From assembly GCF_036321535.1 (NCBI RefSeq), contig NC_087437.1, positions 1,550,001 through 1,614,000 of the forward strand: 64,000 nucleotides of DNA. Reading direction: 5' to 3'. This document shows, piece after piece, positions 36,846 to 49,500 of this stretch; position 1 is the first letter of the stretch; the number at the start of each line of letters is the position of its first letter. The notes under the pieces are model-generated. The model saw nothing but the letters and a program-made list of their open reading frames with translations, made no database searches and was not told the DNA's origin. This DNA comes from Camelus dromedarius. Lineage: Eukaryota. The translations under genes were made by a program, and so were the position numbers.

Positions 36846-39800
36846 TACATACCACGCGTCACCTAGAGATGATTTAAAGTGCACAGGAGGACACAGCGAA
36901 AGAGAATGTGAAAATGAATGTATGCGTATGTTCGTGTATAACTGAAAAATTGTGCTCTACACTGGAATCTGACACAACATTGTCAAATGACAATAACTCG
37001 GGGGAAAAAAATGTTTGTATGTAAAAAGTAAAGTACACGGGAGGGTGCGTGTAATTGTCTGTAAGCCCTATGTCATTTTATGCAAGAGGCATCAGCATCC
37101 ATGAATGTTGGCATGTGTGGGGAGTCCTGGGACCAGTGCCCCATGGTTACCAAGGGATGACTGGAAGCCCAGGCTCCTCGTCCCAGCCTGTCATGTCCCC
37201 ACGTGGTCTGAACCCTGACTGTGCCACACTCCCCTGGTCACCCTCCTCCAGCCCTGCCAGACTGCCCTCTTCTTCTGGAACAGTCCAAGCTCACTGCACT
37301 TCATGCCTGACCTCTAGTAATACCCGTTACTTTCTGAGCATGGCTCTGCTTCAGAAAGGCGGCCTGCATTGCCACTAGAGAACACAGGATGGGAGTTCCT
37401 TAAAAAACTAACATTGGACTTACCGTATGATCCAGCCTTCCCACGCCTGGGGATATGTGAGGAGAAATCTCTAATTCAAAAAGTCACATGCACCTCAATG
37501 CTCACAGCAGCCCTATTTATAACAGCCGGGACGTGGAAAGAAGCCAAACAAACGTCCATCGGGTGGCGAGTGGACAAAGGTGCAGTGTCCTATTTATGCC
37601 ATGGAATACTACTCAGCCATGAGAAAGGATAAACCAGTGACATTTGCGGCCACATGTACGGACACAGAGATAGTCATTCTGTGTGAAGGAAGCCAGAAGA
37701 GAGAAAAATGCCGTATGATGCCACTTCCATGCGGAATCTAAACAAAAGTCAGAGACGAAGTTAACGACAAAAGAGGAACAGACCCACAGACATAGAGAAA
37801 CAAACTTACGGTTACCAGGGCGGGAAGGGGGTGGAAAGGGGAAAATATGGGCATTGGAGAATTGCCCCTCTTGGGGAGTGATGGAAATGGTAGCTATCTT
37901 GATGGTGGTGATGGTTTTCTGGGTGCAGACGTCTATGAAAATTCATCAAATACTACATGTGAGATGTGTCTAATTGACGGAACAGAAATCGTACCAAAAT
38001 AAAGGTGTTTTAAACAAAGAGAGATGGGCTGCATTGTGTCCTATGTTTCTAGGTGTCTTCAGGGAGGCCTCAACAGGGCGGTGCTGGCCTTCCTGCCAAC
38101 ACGATGGCAAGAAGCCCGAACGATCCATCGATGGGAAGAAGATAAGAGCTGTGGTCACATCTGGACCCCAAGCTTAGACATGGTGCGTGGGTGACATTTA
38201 TCGACAATCCGGCGAGGTTCCGGCCAGAGCTATAGGCCGGGGCAGCAAAGCGGGAGCGGCACTAAGGAGCATGGTGGCGCAGAGGCTGGACTGGGGGCCC
38301 GCAGGCTCCTCCCGGGAGGAGCCTCAGAGTTTGGGAGGTGGCTAACGTGCCTGCTTCGTGTCACCAGCAAGTGATGCCACCTGTGGGCTATCAGCTGGAA
38401 TCCTGAGCCGGGTCAGCCCTGGGTGATGCGCTAAGGGCTTCTAGCAAAGGGGGCGACAGACGGACAGTGAACCAAGCAACAGGCTGCTGAGTTTGGGGCC
38501 TGTGTTTCTCGTGCTTTCCGTGTCTCACTGCACCTCAGTGTCGCCCGGAGGAATTGCGGCGGTGTTTCGAGGCTGATGGCCTCTCGGTTCCTCATCATCC
38601 TGGCAAGCCCCCAGCTTTCTCCGGCCAGACCTTGGCAAGCGCCTTCCCTTGTTCTAACAAAAGCCTTCCCACCCTCGCCTGCGGGGAGCTTTTGTTTTCT
38701 TAATTGATGGGAATGACGATACCTTCCAGCCTCCTCAGGCCTTTCCTTAGTGCTTCTGCCCTTAGACCCCGGCAAGGGGGCCCTCCCCAACCCCGCTGCC
38801 CTGGGTCCTGAGCTACAGAGGGTCCCTCTGGCCCTGACACTCCCTCTGGCCACGCCCTCCACGGGATGGATTCAGCAGGGCCAAGGGGACACGCCAAATG
38901 GCTCCACCCCGTGCTCTGGAAACCCAGGATCACGAATGCCCTGCCCCAGCAGCCCCTGACCCACTTCTAGTGTCTGCACCGGCTCTCGCCAGAGCTCAGC
39001 TTCCCAGGACTCACACAGAGGCAACGGTCAGCTGTTGGCATGGAGGGTATGGACAGAGCCCGGATGTGAGGACTGAGTGTCCCCCTGTGCACCTAAGAGG
39101 CCACTTGGGGCATGGGATGGACCCAGCATTGGGAAGAAAACGGTCAGGCTATTGGTCAGACACTGGGAATCGGCTCTCCCCACACTGTCACTTTCTGTGC
39201 GGGACTCCCTTGAGTCTGGGAATTCTAAAGTTGAGCCTGGCCTTCCCTCTTAGAATGAATGTGTCATTGTAAAGTCAGGAGTTTAGAACCTACCGCGCTT
39301 AAAATGTTGACAAATATACGATGGGAACTACCAGATAAGCTCTGGCCCTGCACTTGCAAAGGACCAGAGCAGTTCTTTTGGCTCTGCTGAGACTGCAAGG
39401 GGCAAAGACCTTCTCCAGAGTGGAGGGGCTCCTGCTTCATGCTCCGAATTCAGGAGCTTCTGAGCGGATGAAACAATGGACACTGAGACCCTCGATTGGA
39501 AGTTGCTTTAGAATGACGCCAAAGTTGTGTGTGACGTGTGTGTGCGTACGCGCTCGCGTACACCTGGGGACGTGTGAGGTACGTGACAGTGACTTTGCGT
39601 GTGTGTGCGCGCCTGAGGACGTGGGTGGTTGTGTGTTATGTTATGGGTGTGTGTGTGGAACATGACTCCGAGTGTGTGCGTGGGGATGTATGTGGAGCAG
39701 AGCCAGTGTGTCTGCACGTGTGTTTGGGTGTAGGTGCATGCAGTAGTTTTAAGAAAAGCAGAAGCTGTCCCTTAGGAGTCTGAAGTAGTAAAACTTGTAT

Positions 39801-42800
39801 GGTGTCCCTCACTGTATAATTCAAAATGAAAATAATCTTCAATCACCAGAAATGTACTCCCCCCCCACCCCGATTCTCATTTTTTCCCCGATATGGATTC
39901 TGTCTTCATTTTACTGATGGGGAAACTAGCTTAGAGTTGTTAAGTGACTCAGTCAAGGGCATGGAGCTCGCGAGCCCAGGGCCAGGATGCAGTCCAAGCG
40001 GCCCGGCTCCAGAGGCCCTGAAACCTGCTCACGACCGCGCGTGGCCTCTTGGCCGGGGGAACAGATTCTGATGGGCAGGGGCCAGCGTGCCGGCTGCCCA
40101 AACCACGGACTCTGCAAGTCGGGTGGAGAGTACCAGACAGCAGACGAGGGTAAAGGGCTGCTCAGAAATCAGTTAGCTTCCTAGATCTTCGATGAGTAAG
40201 GAGGCTCACTGCTCATCCTCGATCCCTTTGCTGGTGGCTAAAAGGGACCAAGGCCCACGAGAGCGCTTCTGGGAGCTGCTGCCTACCGAAACCTGGAACA
40301 GGACTGCTCAGGACTGGCTCTGCAGCAGGAGCGAAGGGAGGCAATGTCGTCACCTGGTGGACATCCTGGGTAGTGGCAGTAGGAGGCCTAGCACCCTTGG
40401 TATGGAGGTGGCAGGACGAGGTCCTACGGGATGATCGTTTCCACGGGTCTTAAAAATCATTGCTTGATATATTTTATCCGCTTTGGGGTTTACTGTAGGA
40501 TGGTAAACATGGTCTCCGTTACTCCTTCTTAGCTGGATTGATGAATTGTTTTTGAGGTTAATTTTCTCTTCAGTGATTTGGAAGCTATATTGCCTTTTAA
40601 GGAAAATTCTCTCTAAATGTTTACAAATCATCTCGAAGTTCATAACTCTATATTTAATTCGACCAGTATTGCTACAAGAGCCTCCAAAACGAAATCATCT
40701 ATTAGATCTTGTTTCTCAATCATGATACATTTAGCATATTTTACCTCTCTGCTCTTCCCAATGGTGCATGTGTGTGAGCGCGTGATCTACACTTACTGCT
40801 TTTTAGACAGTTGCTTTAAGTTTGTTACATTCACAATGAAAATATAGGTATAAATAACTTGGATTTCATTACTCACTACCACTACTTAATCCCATGTCTT
40901 TCCCATTTTTGAGTTATTTACTTCTTTCCCAATCAAATGGAGACATGATTGGCTAATTTTTTTTGAGCGGTGGACTTGGAACCCTTCCCTGTCTATAAGC
41001 AGCTTTAGGTTCTTGCCATAACTCGGCTTCATTGAGAAGCATGTTTTTACCGTTTCTCAGACGGGCTTCCGCTTTGAAGCACTAAACCGTCTCTGTACTC
41101 TTTCTCTCCATGCTTATTCCTGAAAAAGTGAGCTCTCTACCGGAATAAAGATGCTTCCCGTCAGAGATGTTTGGCTCCCTGTCCCAAGGTCCAGAAGAAG
41201 AGAAAAGGAAAGATTCCTGGCTCCGATGCTTCTGTTCTGTCAGCTGAGAGATCTAGTTATCCGTGTGGCTGCGGTGGAACCTGCAACAACTTGCCTCATA
41301 GTTTCCTTTTTCTGGCTTACTAGGGGAGCCGCATTAACTGAGGTCACGGCGCTCTGGCCCTTTTCGGGATCCCGGTGCTGAGGCAGCCCCTTCCCCCCAC
41401 CCCCACTCCTTGTCATTTGGATCGTGCAAACTGGGTGCCAGCCGTGCGAACCCTGCACCTGGCGGCCAGGATTGCCCCCCAACGCGACGTGTCCCCAGTT
41501 CCTCGGCATCCCTCACTGCTACCAGCTAGCTCCAGGAAGGGTGCGAACTGGCTTCCACTGCCGTCCTTCCTCCTTCCTGTCCAGGCGGGCCCTCCTTTTG
41601 CGCTAGTCGGCCCGAAACCTTCTCTCCTGCGCTGCATACGCTGAAGAACTGCCTCAACGTTTCCAGCCGCTAGAGGGCGCTCTTCTCCTCTTTTTGGTCC
41701 CCTTCAGCGCTGACAGTGGAAATTGAGCAGGTGGGAAGGGCTTGGGGTTTCTCCGTATCTAGGGGCTCCCGATCCATCAGATTCAACTAAATGCGGGTTG
41801 AAAATATTCGGGAAAAAACAGAAAGTTTCAAAAAGCAACACTTGAATTTGCCACACACACGCAACTGCTTGCATAGCATTGATGTTGCCTTACATACCAC
41901 GCGTCACCTAGAGATGATTTAAAGTGCACAGGAGGACACAGCGAAAGAGAATGTGAAAATGAATGTATGCGTATGTTCGTGTATAACTGAAAAATTGTGC
42001 TCTACACTGGAATCTGACACAACATTGTCAAATGACAGTAACTCGGGGGAAAAAAATGTTTGTATGTAAAAAGTAAAGTACACGGGAAGGTGCGTGTAAT
42101 TGTCTGTAAGCCCTATGTCATTTTATGCAAGAGGCATCAGCATCCATGAATGTTGGCATGTGTGGGGAGTCCTGGGACCAGTGCCCCATGGTTACCAAGG
42201 GATGACTGGAAGCCCAGGCTCCTCGTCCCAGCCTGTCATGTCCCCACGTGGTCTGAACCCTGCCTGTGCCACACTCCCCTGGTCACCCTCCTCCAGCCCT
42301 GCCAGACTGCCCTCTTCTTCTGGAACAGTCCAAGCTCACTGCACTTCATGCCTGACCTCTAGTAATACCCGTTACTTTCTGAGCATGGCTCTGCTTCAGA
42401 AAGGCGGCCTGCATTGCCACTAGAGAACACAGGATGGGAGTTCCTTAAAAAACTAACATTGGACTTACCGTATGATCCAGCCTTCCCACGCCTGGGGATA
42501 TGTGAGGAGAAATCTCTAATTCAAAAAGTCACATGCACCTCAATGCTCACAGCAGCCCTATTTATAACAGCCGGGACGTGGAAAGAAGCCAAACAAACGT
42601 CCATCGGCTGGCGAGTGGACAAAGGTGCAGTGTCCTATTTATGCCATGGAATACTACTCAGCCATGAGAAAGGATAAACCAGTGACATTTGCGGCCACAT
42701 GTACGGACACAGAGATAGTCATTCTGTGTGAAGGAAGCCAGAAGAGAGAAAAATGCCGTATGATGCCACTTCCATGCGGAATCTAAACAAAAGTCAGAGA

Positions 42801-43556
42801 CGAAGTTAACGACAAAAGAGGAACAGACCCACAGACATAGAGAAACAAACTTACGGTTACCAGGGCGGGAAGGGGGTGGAAAGGGGAAAATATGGGCATT
42901 GGAGAATTGCCCCTCTTGGGGAGTGATGGAAATGGTAGCTATCTTGATGGTGGTGATGGTTTTCTGGGTGCAGACGTCTATGAAAATTCATCAAATACTA
43001 CATGTGAGATGTGTCTAATTGACGGAACAGAAATCGTACCAAAATAAAGGTGTTTTAAACAAAGAGAGATGGGCTGCATTGTGTCCTATGTTTCTAGGTG
43101 TCTTCAGGGAGGCCTCAACAGGGCGGTGCTGGCCTTCCTGCCAACACGATGGCAAGAAGCCCGAACGATCCATCGATGGGAAGAAGATAAGAGCTGTGGT
43201 CACATCTGGACCCCAAGCTTAGACATGGTGCGTGGGTGACATTTATCGACAATCCGGCGAGGTTCCGGCCAGAGCTATAGGCCGGGGCAGCAAAGCGGGA
43301 GCGGCACTAAGGAGCATGGTGGCGCAGAGGCTGGACTGGGGGCCCGCAGGCTCCTCCCGGGAGGAGCCTCAGAGTTTGGGAGGTGGCTAACGTGCCTGCT
43401 TCGTGTCACCAGCAAGTGATGCCACCTGTGGGCTATCAGCTGGAATCCTGAGCCGGGTCAGCCCTGGGTGATGCGCTAAGGGCTCCTAGCAAAGGGGGCG
43501 ACAGACGGACAGTGAACCAAGCAACAGGCTGCTGAGTTTGGGGCCTGTGTTTCTCG

Positions 43557-43574
43557 ACGCAGCGCTCGACTGTT
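43557..43574 (+). other. Foreign 18-mer ACGCAGCGCTCGACTGTT replacing the array consensus (site 2, unit 9)
   Basis: The other units read tgctttccgtgtctcact here (tgcattccgtgtctcact in unit 1). 15 of 18 positions differ with no length change. The 143-aa minus ORF changes CSETRKARE to CNSRALRRE. Confidence 0.95.
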
Positions 43575-46500
43575 GCACCTCAGTGTCGCCCGGAGGAATT
43601 GCGGCGGTGTTTCGAGGCTGATGGCCTCTCGGTTCCTCATCATCCTGGCAAGCCCCCAGCTTTCTCCGGCCAGACCTTGGCAAGCGCCTTCCCTTATTCT
43701 AACAAAAGCCTTCCCACCCTCGCCTGCGGGGAGCTTTTGTTTTCTTAATTGATGGGAATGACGATACCTTCCAGCCTCCTCAGGCCTTTCCTTAGTGCTT
43801 CTGCCCTTAGACCCCGGCAAGGGGGCCCTCCCCAACCCCGCTGCCCTGGGTCCTGAGCTACAGAGGGTCCCTCTGGCCCTGACACTCCCTCTGGCTACGC
43901 CCTCCACGGGATGGATTCAGCAGGGCCAAGGGGACACGCCAAATGGCTCCACCCCGTGCTCTGGAAACCCAGGATCACGAATGCCCTGCCCCAGCAGCCC
44001 CTGACCCACTTATAGTGTCTGCACCGGCTCTCGCCAGAGCTCAGCTTCCCAGGACTCACACAGAGGCAACGGTCAGCTGTTGGCATGGAGGGTATGGACA
44101 GAGCCCGGATGTGAGGACTGAGTGTCCCCCTGTGCACCTAAGAGGCCACTTGGGGCATGGGATGGACCCAGCATTGGGAAGAAAACGGTCAGGCTATTGG
44201 TCAGACACTGGGAATCGGCTCTCCCCACACTGTCACTTTCTGTGCGGGACTCCCTTGAGTCTGGGAATTCTAAAGTTGAGCCTGGCCTTCCCTCTTAGAA
44301 TGAATGTGTCATTGTAAAGTCAGGAGTTTAGAACCTACCGCGCTTAAAATGTTGACAAATATACGATGGGAACTACCAGATAAGCTCTGGCCCTGCACTT
44401 GCAAAGGACCAGAGCAGTTCTTTTGGCTCTGCTGAGACTGCAAGGGGCAAAGACCTTCTCCAGAGTGGAGGGGCTCCTGCTTCATGCTCCGAATTCAGGA
44501 GCTTCTGAGCGGATGAAACAATGGACACTGAGACCCTCGATTGGAAGTTGCTTTAGAATGACGCCAAAGTTGTGTGTGACGTGTGTGTGCGTACGCGCTC
44601 GCGTACACCTGGGGACGTGTGAGGTACGTGACAGTGACTTTGCGTGTGTGTGCGCGCCTGAGGACGTGGGTGGTTGTGTGTTATGTTATGGGTGTGTGTG
44701 TGGAACATGACTCCGAGTGTGTGCGTGGGGATGTATGTGGAGCAGAGCCAGTGTGTCTGCACGTGTGTTTGGGTGTAGGTGCATGCAGTAGTTTTAAGAA
44801 AAGCAGAAGCTGTCCCTTAGGAGTCTGAAGTAGTAAAACTTGTATGGTGTCCCTCACTGTATAATTCAAAATGAAAATAATCTTCAATCACCAGAAATGT
44901 ACTCCCCCCCCACCCCGATTCTCATTTTTTCCCCGATATGGATTCTGTCTTCATTTTACTGATGGGGAAACTAGCTTAGAGTTGTTAAGTGACTCAGTCA
45001 AGGGCATGGAGCTCGCGAGCCCAGGGCCAGGATGCAGTCCAAGCGGCCCGGCTCCAGAGGCCCTGAAACCTGCTCACGACCGCGCGTGGCCTCTTGGCCG
45101 GGGGAACAGATTCTGATGGGCAGGGGCCAGCGTGCCGGCTGCCCAAACCACGGACTCTGCAAGTCGGGTGGAGAGTACCAGACAGCAGACGAGGGTAAAG
45201 GGCTGCTCAGAAATCAGTTAGCTTCCTAGATCTTCGATGAGTAAGGAGGCTCACTGCTCATCCTCGATCCCTTTGCTGGTGGCTAAAAGGGACCAAGGCC
45301 CACGAGAGCGCTTCTGGGAGCTGCTGCCTACCGAAACCTGGAACAGGACTGCTCAGGACTGGCTCTGCAGCAGGAGCGAAGGGAGGCAATGTCGTCACCT
45401 GGTGGACATCCTGGGTAGTGGCAGTAGGAGGCCTAGCACCCTTGGTATGGAGGTGGCAGGATGAGGTCCTACGGGATGATCGTTTCCACGGGTCTTAAAA
45501 ATCATTGCTTGATATATTTTATCCGCTTTGGGGTTTACTGTAGGATGGTAAACATGGTCTCCGTTACTCCTTCTTAGCTGGATTGATGAATTGTTTTTGA
45601 GGTTAATTTTCTCTTCAGTGATTTGGAAGCTATATTGCCTTTTAAGGAAAATTCTCTCTAAATGTTTACAAATCATCTCGAAGTTCATAACTCTATATTT
45701 AATTCGACCAGTATTGCTACAAGAGCCTCCAAAACGAAATCATCTATTAGATCTTGTTTCTCAATCATGATACATTTAGCATATTTTACCTCTCTGCTCT
45801 TCCCAATGGTGCATGTGTGTGAGCGCGTGATCTACACTTACTGCTTTTTAGACAGTTGCTTTAAGTTTGTTACATTCACAATGAAAATATAGGTATAAAT
45901 AACTTGGATTTCATTACTCACTACCACTACTTAATCCCATGTCTTTCCCATTTTTGAGTTATTTACTTCTTTCCCAATCAAATGGAGACATGATTGGCTA
46001 ATTTTTTTTGAGCGGTGGACTTGGAACCCTTCCCTGTCTATAAGCAGCTTTAGGTTCTTGCCATAACTCGGCTTCATTGAGAAGCATGTTTTTACCGTTT
46101 CTCAGACGGGCTTCCGCTTTGAAGCACTAAACCGTCTCTGTACTCTTTCTCTCCATGCTTATTCCTGAAAAAGTGAGCTCTCTACCGGAATAAAGATGCT
46201 TCCCGTCAGAGATGTTTGGCTCCCTGTCCCAAGGTCCAGAAGAAGAGAAAAGGAAAGATTCCTGGCTCCGATGCTTCTGTTCTGTCAGCTGAGAGATCTA
46301 GTTATCCGTGTGGCTGCGGTGGAACCTGCAACAACTTGCCTCATAGTTTCCTTTTTCTGGCTTACTAGGGGAGCCACAGTAACTGAGGTCACGGCGCTCT
46401 GGCCTTTTTCGGGATCCCGGTGCTGAGGCAGCCCCTTCCCCCCACCCCCACTCCTTGTCATTTGGATCGTGCAAACTGGGTGCCAGCCGTGCGAACCCTG

Positions 46501-49500
46501 CACCTGGCGGCCAGGATTGCCCCCCCACGCGACGTGTCCCCAGTTCCTCGGCATCCCTCACTGCTACCAGCTAGCTCCAGGAAGGGTGCGAGCTGGCTTC
46601 CACTGCCGTCCTTCCTCCTTCCTGTCCAGGCGGGCCCTCCTTTTGCGCTAGTCGGCCCGAAACCTTCTCTCCTGCGCTGCATACGCTGAAGAACTGCCTC
46701 AACGTTTCCAGCCGCTAGAGGGCGCTCTTCTCCTCTTTTTGGTCCCCTTCAGCGCTGACAGTGGAAATTGAGCAGGTGGGAAGGGCTTGGGGGTTCTCCG
46801 TATCTAGGGGCTCCCGATCCATCAGATTCAACTAAATGCGGGTTGAAAATATTCGGGAAAAAACAGAAAGTTTCAAAAAGCAACACTTGAATTTGCCACA
46901 CACACGCAACTGCTTGCATAGCATTGATGTTGCCTTACATACCACGCGTCACCTAGAGATGATTTAAAGTGCACAGGAGGACACAGCGAAAGAGAATGTG
47001 AAAATGAATGTATGCGTATGTTCGTGTATAACTGAAAAATTGTGCTCTACACTGGAATCTGACACAACATTGTCAAATGACAATAACTCGGGGGAAAAAA
47101 ATGTTTGTATGTAAAAAGTAAAGTACACGGGAGGGTGCGTGTAATTGTCTGTAAGCCCTATGTCATTTTATGCAAGAGGCATCAGCATCCATGAATGTTG
47201 GCATGTGTGGGGAGTCCTGGGACCAGTGCCCCATGGTTACCAAGGGATGACTGGAAGCCCAGGCTCCTCGTCCCAGCCTGTCATGTCCCCACGTGGTCTG
47301 AACCCTGCCTGTGCCACACTCCCCTGGTCACCCTCCTCCAGCCCTGCCAGACTGCCCTCTTCTTCTGGAACAGTCCAAGCTCACTGCACTTCATGCCTGA
47401 CCTCTAGTAATACCCGTTACTTTCTGAGCATGGCTCTGCTTCAGAAAGGCGGCCTGCATTGCCACTAGAGAACACAGGATGGGAGTTCCTTAAAAAACTA
47501 ACATTGGACTTACCGTATGATCCAGCCTTCCCACGCCTGGGGATATGTGAGGAGAAATCTCTAATTCAAAAAGTCACATGCACCTCAATGCTCACAGCAG
47601 CCCTATTTATAACAGCCGGGACGTGGAAAGAAGCCAAACAAACGTCCATCGGCTGGCGAGTGGACAAAGGTGCAGTGTCCTATTTATGCCATGGAATACT
47701 ACTCAGCCATGAGAAAGGATAAACCAGTGACATTGGCGGCCACATGTACGGACACAGAGATAGTCATTCTGTGTGAAGGAAGCCAGAAGAGAGAAAAATG
47801 CCGTATGATGCCACTTCCATGCGGAATCTAAACAAAAGTCAGAGACGAAGTTAACGACAAAAGAGGAACAGACCCACAGACATAGAGAAACAAACTTACG
47901 GTTACCAGGGAGGGAAGGGGGTGGAAAGGGGAAAATATGGGCATTGGAGAATTGCCCCTCTTGGGGAGTGATGGAAATGGTAGCTATCTTGATGGTGGTG
48001 ATGGTTTTCTGGGTGCAGACGTCTATGAAAATTCATCAAATACTACATGTGAGATGTGTCTAATTGACGGAACAGAAATCGTACCACAATAAAGGTGTTT
48101 TAAACAAAGAGAGATGGGCTGCATTGTGTCCTATGTTTCTATGTGTCTTCAGGGAGGCCTCAACTGGGCGGTGCTGGCCTTCCTGCCAACACGATGGCAA
48201 GAAGCCCGAACGATCCATCGATGGGAAGAAGATAAGAGCTGTGGTCACATCTGGACCCCAAGCTTAGACATGGTGCGTGGGTGACATTTATCGACAATCC
48301 GGCGAGGTTCCGGCCAGAGCTATAGGCCGGGGCAGCAAAGCGGGAGCGGCACTAAGGAGCATGGTGGCGCAGAGGCTGGACTGGGGGCCCGCAGGCTACT
48401 CCCGGGAGGAGCCTCAGAGTTTGGGAGGTGGCTAACGTGCCTGCTTCGTGTCACCAGCAAGTGATGCCACCTGTGGGCTATCAGCTGGAATCCTGAGCCG
48501 GGTCAGCCCTGGGTGATGCGCTAAGGGCTCCTAGCAAAGGGGGAGACAGACGGACAGTGAACCAAGCAACAGGCTGCTGAGTTTGGGGCCTGTGTTTCTC
48601 GTGCTTTCCGTGTCTCACTGCACCTCAGTGTCGCCCGGAGGAATTGCGGCGGTGTTTCGAGGCTGATGGCCTCTCGGTTCCTCATCATCCAGGCAAGCCC
48701 CCAGCTTTCTCCGGCCAGACCTTGGCAAGCGCCTTCCCTTGTTCTAACAAAAGTCTTCCCACCCTCGCCTGCGGGGAGCTTATGTTTTCTTAATTGATGG
48801 GAATGACGATACCTTCCAGCCTCCTCAGGCCTTTCCTTAGTGCTTCTGCCCTTAGACCCCGGCAAGGGGGCCCTCCCCAACCCCGCTGCCCTGGGTCCTG
48901 AGCTACAGAGGGTCCCTCTGGCCCTGACACTCCCTCTGGCCACGCCCTCCACGGGATGGATTCAGCAGGGCCAAGGGGACACGCCAAATGGCTCCACCCC
49001 GTGCTCTGGAAACCCAGGATCACGAATGCCCTGCCCCAGCAGCCCCTGACCCACTTCTAGTGTCTGCACCGGCTCTCGCCAGAGCTCAGCTTCCCAGGAC
49101 TCACACAGAGGCAACGGTCAGCTGTTGGCATGGAGGGTATGGACAGAGCCCGGATGTGAGGACTGAGTGTCCCCCTGTGCACCTAAGAGGCCACTTGGGG
49201 CATGGGATGGACCCAGCATTGGGAAGAAAACGGTCAGGCTATTGGTCAGACACTGGGAATCGGCTCTCCCCACACTGTCACTTTCTGTGCGGGACTCCCT
49301 TGAGTCTGGGAATTCTAAAGTTGAGCCTGGCCTTCCCTCTTAGAATGAATGTGTCATTGTAAAGTCAGGAGTTTAGAACCTACCGCGCTTAAAATGTTGA
49401 CAAATATACGATGGGAACTACCAGATAAGCTCTGGCCCTGCACTTGCAAAGGACCAGAGCAGTTCTTTTGGCTCTGCTGAGACTGCAAGGGGCAAAGACC

